Source of the DNA: Roseburia sp.
GTDB taxonomy: Bacteria; Bacillota; Clostridia; Lachnospirales; Lachnospiraceae
NCBI GenBank assembly: GCA_045531555.1
Contig: JAZSEF010000027.1
Span: 20,946-84,945 of the forward strand
Reading direction: 5' to 3'
Length of the DNA stretch: 64,000 nucleotides
The notes under the pieces are model-generated. The model was not told the origin of the DNA. It was given only the letters and a program-made list of their open reading frames with translations, and ran no database searches. The position numbers were made by a program, and so were the translations under genes. Of the stretch, positions 57,746-64,000 are shown piece by piece. Position 1 is the stretch's first letter; every line of letters starts with the position of its first letter.

Positions 57746-57762
57746 TGTAACATAAATGTAAC
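57746..57762 (+). promoter_or_regulatory. WalR/OmpR-type direct repeat box
   Basis: TGTAAC-ATAAA-TGTAAC matches TGTWAH-N5-TGTWAH; upstream of a cell-wall enzyme. Confidence 0.55.
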
Positions 57763-57828
57763 CATCTTTTTTTCAAACGTGCTACAATAATCTGACACCA
57801 AAGAATTTTTAACAATGGAGATAAGATT

Positions 57829-59103
57829 ATGAAACGTTTACACATAAAAAACTTTTTTTCATTATTACTTACTTTATCTATGACTTGTGGCTGCGCATCT
57901 TCAGCCTCCGCAGATATTCCCGTATTTCACGCTCAGACAGAAGAATATGCCACACAGATTTCTGCTACAACGGAACGCCTGACTACTTTACTGCCGCTTC
58001 TCGCCAAAGCAGACCATCTGGCACTTGGATATTATTACGACGAAGCGATTGCCCTGTTACAGAATATTCCTGATGAATACGCTCAGGATGAAGAAGTATT
58101 ATCTAAAATCAACGAATACCAGACTGCCCGTGATTCCTTTGTCCCTTACGAGGAACCGGTACGTCATATCTTTTTCCACTCTCTCATCGTAGACACTTCA
58201 CTGGCATTTGATGGTGATTATATGGAAAACGGCTATAATTACTGGATGACTACAGTCGACGAATTTAAAGCCATGTTAGAGGAACTCTATGCCAACGATT
58301 TTGTACTGATTGATATTCATGAAATTGCCCGCGAAGAAGTGGATGAAAATGGCAATGTGAAAATGGTCGCAAACGCCCCTATGGTTCCGGCCGGCAAAAA
58401 ACCACTGGTACTCTCTGTGGATGATGTGAATTACTACGAATACATGGAAAAAGATGGTTTTGCCCGTAACCTTATGATTGATGAAAATGGCGACGTGAAA
58501 AATCTCTACATCGACAAAGACGGCAACGAACTCATCGGTGATTATGATGTAGCTCCTATTTTAGATTCTTTCGTAAAAGAACACCCGGATTTTTCTCTCA
58601 GAGGTGCTAAAGGTATCCTTGCATTGACCGGTTACGAAGGTGCGTTAGGTTACGATACTCACCTTACAGACAGCCCTACTTTAGAAGCAGATATCCAAAC
58701 TGCCACTGCTGTCGCAAACCGTTTAAAAGAGACCGGCTGGCTTTTTGCCATTCATGGGTATGGTCACCGCGATGCCAAAAAAATTACATATAACCACTTA
58801 GTAACTGACACTACACGCTGGTTCAACGACATCGGTTCCATTGTCGGAGAGACGGATATCTACATCTATCCTTATGGTTCTGAAATCGACTATCCAAGCA
58901 ACAAACTGGACTACTTCGAAAGCGTTGGACTCCGCTACTTCTGCGGTGTCTGGACCAAACCATTCGTTTCCGTTAAAGACACTTATGTCAGACAGACACG
59001 TTGTAATCTGGATGGATACAACATGATAACACGTCCAAATTCACTCGCTGATTTGTTTGATGTTTCTAAAGTATTAGATCCGGACAGACCAGAATTAAAA
59101 TAA
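57829..59103 (+). CDS. Exported polysaccharide deacetylase family protein
   Basis: Signal peptide; HIFFHSLI, LSVDD, HGYGH, YPYG motifs. Confidence 0.85.
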   Translation: MKRLHIKNFFSLLLTLSMTCGCASSASADIPVFHAQTEEYATQISATTERLTTLLPLLAKADHLALGYYYDEAIALLQNIPDEYAQDEEVLSKINEYQTARDSFVPYEEPVRHIFFHSLIVDTSLAFDGDYMENGYNYWMTTVDEFKAMLEELYANDFVLIDIHEIAREEVDENGNVKMVANAPMVPAGKKPLVLSVDDVNYYEYMEKDGFARNLMIDENGDVKNLYIDKDGNELIGDYDVAPILDSFVKEHPDFSLRGAKGILALTGYEGALGYDTHLTDSPTLEADIQTATAVANRLKETGWLFAIHGYGHRDAKKITYNHLVTDTTRWFNDIGSIVGETDIYIYPYGSEIDYPSNKLDYFESVGLRYFCGVWTKPFVSVKDTYVRQTRCNLDGYNMITRPNSLADLFDVSKVLDPDRPELK

Positions 59104-59185
59104 ACCAGTTGAAAACAACGCAATTTTTTTATATAATAATAGTACTATTGATATATTGTACGAAAAGAATACAAAGGAGAAGATT

Positions 59186-60106
59186 ATGAGATTAGTAACC
59201 CGTTCCGACTTTGATGGACTTGCCTGCGGCGTCCTTTTAAAAGAAGCAGGTATCATTGACCACTGGAAATTTGCTCATCCAAAGGATTTACAGGATGGTC
59301 TTGTAGAAATTACAGAAGATGACTGTCTTGCAAACGTACCTTATGTAGAAGGCTGCGGACTTTGGTTTGACCACCACTCCAGCGAACACGAACGTTTAAA
59401 ATTAGAAGGCAAATACAAAGGTGAAAGCCGTATTACTCCTTCTTGTGCCCGTATCATTTATGAATATTATGGTGGCAAAGAACGTTTCCCACAGTTTGAT
59501 GCTATGATGGAAGCCGTTGATAAGGTTGACTCTGGTAACTTAACCGTTGAGGAAGTACAGGATCCAACCGGTTGGATTTTAATTGGTTTCTTAATGGATC
59601 CACGTACTGGTCTTGGCAGATGGCGTCAGTTTACTATTTCTAACTATCAGTTAATGGAAAAATTAATCGACGCATGCCGTACTATGACAGCAGAAGAAAT
59701 TCTTGCATTACCAGACGTAAAAGAACGTGTAGAGGTATACTTTGAACAGACCAATAAATTCATGAAGATGGTAAACGAGCACACCATTACAGATGGTAAT
59801 CTCATCATCTCCGACCTTCGTGGTGTAGACCCAATCTACTCCGGTAATCGTTTCTTAATCTACAGTATGTTCCCAAAACAGAACATTTCTGCATGGATTG
59901 TAAGCGGTCGTGGTGGAAAAGGTTGCAGTGCTGCAGTTGGTTATAGTATCTTAAACAGAAGCGCTACTTTAGACGTAGGAAGTTTAATGCTCAAATATAA
60001 CGGCGGCGGTCACAAAAAAGTAGGTACCTGCCAGTTCACTGATGAAAATATGGACACAGAATTACCAAAAATGTTAGCAGAATTAACTGCTATGGCTAAT
60101 TCATAA
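59186..60106 (+). CDS. DHH/DHHA1 phosphoesterase (exopolyphosphatase or nanoRNase-like)
   Basis: RSDFDG, FDHH, GGGHKKVG; start MRLVTR after AAGGAG. Confidence 0.9.
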   Translation: MRLVTRSDFDGLACGVLLKEAGIIDHWKFAHPKDLQDGLVEITEDDCLANVPYVEGCGLWFDHHSSEHERLKLEGKYKGESRITPSCARIIYEYYGGKERFPQFDAMMEAVDKVDSGNLTVEEVQDPTGWILIGFLMDPRTGLGRWRQFTISNYQLMEKLIDACRTMTAEEILALPDVKERVEVYFEQTNKFMKMVNEHTITDGNLIISDLRGVDPIYSGNRFLIYSMFPKQNISAWIVSGRGGKGCSAAVGYSILNRSATLDVGSLMLKYNGGGHKKVGTCQFTDENMDTELPKMLAELTAMANS

Positions 60107-60308
60107 TTCTTTGAATTATAATAGTTAGTTCATTGGGCTGTCACAAAATACATTGCTCCGACATAACAAAGCAATTATTTTGATGGCAGCTTTTTTATTG
60201 TTACAGTCCACACCCAATAACAATTTTCCATATTGTACATATTATTTTTTTAGTTGGACATACTAACAACAATATAGACAATTTACTTTTTACCAAAGGA
60301 ATCCGATT

Positions 60309-61220
60309 ATGATAGATTTTAAACCAATTAGACCAGAACACAAAAGTATATATCAACCTTATTTACTTGATGGAATCGAAAGAGGCTGTGAGTACTCTTT
60401 TTCCAATTTATGTCTTTGGGGACGTCAAAACGCCACTATTCTCCATGACCATATGGTACTCTTCTCACAGTTTAACCGCCGAAGTGTCTATCCTTATCCG
60501 GTTGGCTCCGGTGATAAAAAACCGGTATTAGATGCTATAATTGCAGATGCAAAGGAACGTGGTATTCCCTGCCGTCTGACAGGTCTTAATGCAAAGGCCA
60601 AACAAACACTTGAAACACTTTATCCTGGTATGTTCCGTTTCCACTGCGACAGAGACAGTTTTGACTATGTCTATAACATTGATGATTTGGCTGATTTACC
60701 TGGTAGAAAATATCAGAAAAAACGTAATCATTGTAATCGTTTCCGTACTGATTACCCGGATTATACAGTAAAACCGCTAAAGGAAGATAGCATTACACAG
60801 ATTCAGGAAATGGTAAACGCGTGGTATGATGCCAAAGAACAAGAAAATCCGGAAAGTGATTTTCTCATGGAACGTACTGCATTGAATAAAGCTTTAAAAT
60901 ATTACCGCGAATTAGAAATGGATGGTTTGGTACTTTTAAATGGCGATGAAATTCTTGCTATCACTATGGGCAGCCGACTTTCCCCAGACACCTATGATAT
61001 CCAATTTGAAAAAGCCTGGGGGGATGTAAATGGCGCATATGCTATTATTAACTATGAATTTGCCCGCTATCTGCGCGAAAAATATCCAAATCTCCGCTAT
61101 CTAGACCGTGAAGAAGATATGGGCATCGAGGGCTTACGTATCGCCAAAGAGCGTTACTTCCCCGACCATATGATAGAAAAATGCTGGGCACACTTAATGG
61201 AGGATGGCTATGACTATTAA
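60309..61220 (+). CDS. DUF2156 / aminoacyl-phosphatidylglycerol synthase C-terminal-like protein
   Basis: DYVY...LPGRKYQKKRNH, FEKA, G.Y..IN, REEDMGIEGLRIAK. Confidence 0.85.
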   Translation: MIDFKPIRPEHKSIYQPYLLDGIERGCEYSFSNLCLWGRQNATILHDHMVLFSQFNRRSVYPYPVGSGDKKPVLDAIIADAKERGIPCRLTGLNAKAKQTLETLYPGMFRFHCDRDSFDYVYNIDDLADLPGRKYQKKRNHCNRFRTDYPDYTVKPLKEDSITQIQEMVNAWYDAKEQENPESDFLMERTALNKALKYYRELEMDGLVLLNGDEILAITMGSRLSPDTYDIQFEKAWGDVNGAYAIINYEFARYLREKYPNLRYLDREEDMGIEGLRIAKERYFPDHMIEKCWAHLMEDGYDY

Positions 61221-61968
61221 TGCCCCACTTGTAACACAAGTTCCTGCACTTCGAAATTTATGGAAGGAAGCATTTGGAGACAGCGATACCTTTTTAGATA
61301 TCTTTTTTAAAACCGCCTTTTCACCAGAACGATGTCGTTGTATTTTTGATGACCAAACTGCAGTTGCTGCACTCTATTGGTTTGATTGCACCTGTGAAAG
61401 CAAGCCGGTTGCATATATCTACGCTGTAGCCACTGCAAAATCTCACCGTGGACAAGGACTTTGCCTAAAACTTATGACAGAGACTCACCAACACCTCACC
61501 TCGCTTGGTTATGAGGGTTGCCTATTGGTTCCGGGAAATGCTAAACTTTTCGAAATGTACGCAAAAATGGGGTATAAAACCTCTAGTAATATCCGTGAAT
61601 TTCAATGTAAAGCCAGTTTAGAAGAACTATCCGTTTGTCCAATCTCAGCTTTCGAATATGCAAGACTGCGTAAACTACTCTTACCAAACGGCAGTGTGCT
61701 ACAGGAAAATGAAAATCTGCGTTTTTTGCAGACACAGGTACAATTTTATATGGGACTTGGTTTCCTATTGGCTGCCTATGGTGAAGAAGATAAGTTACAT
61801 GGTATTGAACTACTAGGTGATATCACTGCTGCTCCTGCTATTACACACTCTCTCGGATATAAACATGGTACTTTCCGAACCATTGGTAATGGCAGACCTT
61901 TTGCCATGTATCACTCTCTTAACAACAGTCTTACTGCACCTAAATATTTCTGTTTTGCATTTGATTAA
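61204..61968 (+). CDS. GNAT acetyltransferase (Eis-like N-terminal domain)
   Basis: LWKEAFGD, YIYAVAT...HRGQGL, LVP...YAKMGY; overlaps the DUF2156 gene. Confidence 0.85.
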   Translation: MAMTINAPLVTQVPALRNLWKEAFGDSDTFLDIFFKTAFSPERCRCIFDDQTAVAALYWFDCTCESKPVAYIYAVATAKSHRGQGLCLKLMTETHQHLTSLGYEGCLLVPGNAKLFEMYAKMGYKTSSNIREFQCKASLEELSVCPISAFEYARLRKLLLPNGSVLQENENLRFLQTQVQFYMGLGFLLAAYGEEDKLHGIELLGDITAAPAITHSLGYKHGTFRTIGNGRPFAMYHSLNNSLTAPKYFCFAFD

Positions 61969-62077
61969 TTTAAAACCACAAAAATAGCAAAATCCCCGAA
62001 GATAGCATCTGCTTTCACTCTCAGTTACTATCTTCGGAGATTCTTATACTCTTATTTTCACATATCACAATCCTTTA

Positions 62078-62683
62078 TCATTCCGGCGAAGAATTCTCTG
62101 CCCCTTCAACGCTTGCCATCGTATCTGCCACATCTACAATAGCCGGACCACTTGAAAATGCTTCCCTATTATCCGCAACTTCTGCCGGGTCTTCTGGTAC
62201 TCCCTTCTCTTCTTCGTCTTTCCAAAGAGAATCATACTCTTCCTTCTTTCTCTGTTTTGCCATTGCACCGATATTTTTAGCAGCCTGATACAATTCCATG
62301 CTATATTCCATCAGCTTTTTCTCATCCGCAGATGGCACAATGCCACCTTTCATAAGCCTGCGGGCTACCTCCATGACTTTCATCAAATCCTGATTATATT
62401 CCTCCATAGCTTCGCTCTGCTGCTTTGCAGACAATGCATTCACATGACCTGCCCACTGTGCATTCAGCTTACTCATATAATCCTGATATTCTGCCTGTTT
62501 CTCATTCAGCGCATGAATCGTCAGTTCCAAAGTTGCTGCTTCCTTTTCAAACGCATTCTTTGCATCCGGGTCATATTTCATCTTTTCTTCTAACGCCTGC
62601 TTCTGTTTTGCCAAAATATTCTTTTGTTCCTGATACGCACTAATCTGATTGCGATAAACTACCTTTGCTTCTCCGATTTTCAT
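62078..62683 (-). CDS. Coiled-coil hypothetical protein under a sigma28-type promoter
   Basis: 201 aa, AGGAGG SD; ARRLMKGGIVPSADEKKLMEY segment. Confidence 0.75.
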   Translation of the reverse strand: MKIGEAKVVYRNQISAYQEQKNILAKQKQALEEKMKYDPDAKNAFEKEAATLELTIHALNEKQAEYQDYMSKLNAQWAGHVNALSAKQQSEAMEEYNQDLMKVMEVARRLMKGGIVPSADEKKLMEYSMELYQAAKNIGAMAKQRKKEEYDSLWKDEEEKGVPEDPAEVADNREAFSSGPAIVDVADTMASVEGAENSSPE

Positions 62684-62741
62684 AAAACCTCCTTGTTTTG
62701 CGAAATCAAATCCAACTTTTGCATCCTTGCATCTACTTTTT

Positions 62742-62768
62742 ATATCGGATATTTCTATTATAAAATTA
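62742..62768 (-). promoter_or_regulatory. sigma28-type promoter
   Basis: Minus strand TAAT, 15 bp, TCCGATAT. Confidence 0.55.
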
Positions 62769-62852
62769 CTATCACATGCACTTTTTCTCTAATCTTACCG
62801 TAATAACACTATGCATTCACCAAAGCTTCACAGCTAATATCAATAACCATTC

Positions 62853-63350
62853 TCAACGATTCAACCGCCAGATTCCCCAGTTCAAATAAGCTGCAAATGT
62901 CAGCCATATCAAATATGGAATATTCATATAAGCGGCTACCCTGCTAATTTCCCGAAACCGTAAAATCATAATTAGCACCAATATCCACAAAAACAACAAC
63001 CAAAAAAAAGCAAATCCATACCACTGAAAATTGAAGAAAAAAGTTGGCCATAAGAAATTCACTATTAACTGGTACGCATAGATGCGGATTGCATTTTGTT
63101 TCTGCTCCTCCTCTGCCTCTGAGGTCAAAATCAAATAAGAGGATATTCCCATCAATGTATACAATATTGTCCACGCTACAGGAAATATCCACGCCGGCGG
63201 TGATAGCGGTGGTTTTTCCACTGTAGCAAAAATCTCCATGCCGCCTCCGGTCAACAGAGATGCCACGGTTCCAACCAGTAACGGAATCGCAATACATACC
63301 AGTAATAATCGTTTATTAAGTTTCATCATTTCATACTCTTTTTTATTCAT
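62853..63350 (-). CDS. tspO: TspO/MBR tryptophan-rich sensory protein
   Basis: KPPLSPPAWIFPVAWTILYTLMG, QLIVNFLWPTFFF, PYLIWLTFAAYLN. Confidence 0.93.
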   Translation of the reverse strand: MNKKEYEMMKLNKRLLLVCIAIPLLVGTVASLLTGGGMEIFATVEKPPLSPPAWIFPVAWTILYTLMGISSYLILTSEAEEEQKQNAIRIYAYQLIVNFLWPTFFFNFQWYGFAFFWLLFLWILVLIMILRFREISRVAAYMNIPYLIWLTFAAYLNWGIWRLNR

Positions 63351-63495
63351 TTTTATGCTTCAGCTTATTCAAATATTCCATGCCCCTTTAGGTATCATTT
63401 GCAAGTAAAAATCCCAGTATATTCTTGTACAAATATCCAACATAGGATAAAATAAACTTACTAAGAAATTAATATCCGAGAGAGGAGATATACCA

Positions 63496-64000
63496 ATGTC
63501 ATTAACAGAATTTAGCAACGCACAGCGTCTCGGAAAAAAACAATACGCAGACGATATGGCAAAAGAAGTAACACCTTTTCTGCCCGTCTTAGACGAAATT
63601 ATTAAAGATGTAGACATCGTTTCTGAAGTACCTCTTGGAACGATGCTTATCCCCTTAGAAAACGTTGTCGGCACCAAGACAATGGGACGACGCGAAGCAT
63701 TTGCCAGAAATTTCATGCCTTTGTTAGACGAACAAACCGAATTTAGTTATAAATGGCGCAATGTCTACGAATATCAGATAGAACAGGGAATTGACGACCC
63801 TATTTTAGTTTACGAATATATGAACCGCTTCTATGTACAGGAAGGTAACAAACGTGTCAGTGTACTAAAATATTTAAAAGCCTACAATATCATGGCTTCT
63901 GTCATCCGTCTTATCCCACGCCGTAGCGATAATCCGGATGTACGACTCTATTATGAATTTTTAGATTTTTATCAGTTGACCGCTAACTATAGTATTCAAT
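63496..64000 (+). CDS. Partial CDS running off the right edge; N-terminal ParB/Srx-like domain (family often annotated as BMP ABC substrate-binding protein)
   Basis: AGAGGAG SD; MSLTEFSNAQRLGKK...IPLENVVGT...FYVQEGNKRVSVLK; open to the window end. Confidence 0.75.
   Translation, partial: MSLTEFSNAQRLGKKQYADDMAKEVTPFLPVLDEIIKDVDIVSEVPLGTMLIPLENVVGTKTMGRREAFARNFMPLLDEQTEFSYKWRNVYEYQIEQGIDDPILVYEYMNRFYVQEGNKRVSVLKYLKAYNIMASVIRLIPRRSDNPDVRLYYEFLDFYQLTANYSIQ

Overview
Low-GC chromosomal segment from a spore-forming, flagellated Firmicute; gene content and style suggest Lachnospiraceae (inference). Most of the window is housekeeping or metabolic: rpsU, alaS, purine nucleoside phosphorylase, spoIVA, a LacI/sugar-ABC operon, T-box-controlled thrS, ABC-F, Maf, addA/addB, tdk, an MCP, a MacAB-type exporter, a GH2 glucuronidase-like enzyme, GH25, an L,D-transpeptidase, purC and TspO. 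No rRNA, tRNA or CRISPR array was seen. Two non-coding structures stand out. (1) At 71-308 a ~200-bp segment carrying a sigmaA promoter is bounded by two dif-like sites in inverted orientation, right beside a tyrosine recombinase. In the present orientation the promoter points away from the left-hand gene, and the left site sits inside a perfect 22-bp terminator-like hairpin that inversion would destroy, giving a combined promoter and terminator phase switch. (2) At 25698-25962 there is a strictly 53-bp-periodic array of five units, each with two short mutually inverted boxes separated by variable 22- and 18-nt spacers. It heads a cassette-like string of small accessory genes with chimeric junctions. 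Other points: an Rpn-family nuclease with a possible internal start and an upstream inverted repeat, a HEPN/MNT pair with an altered catalytic motif, and several sigma28-type orphan genes. All product calls come from reading motifs by eye; no searches were run.
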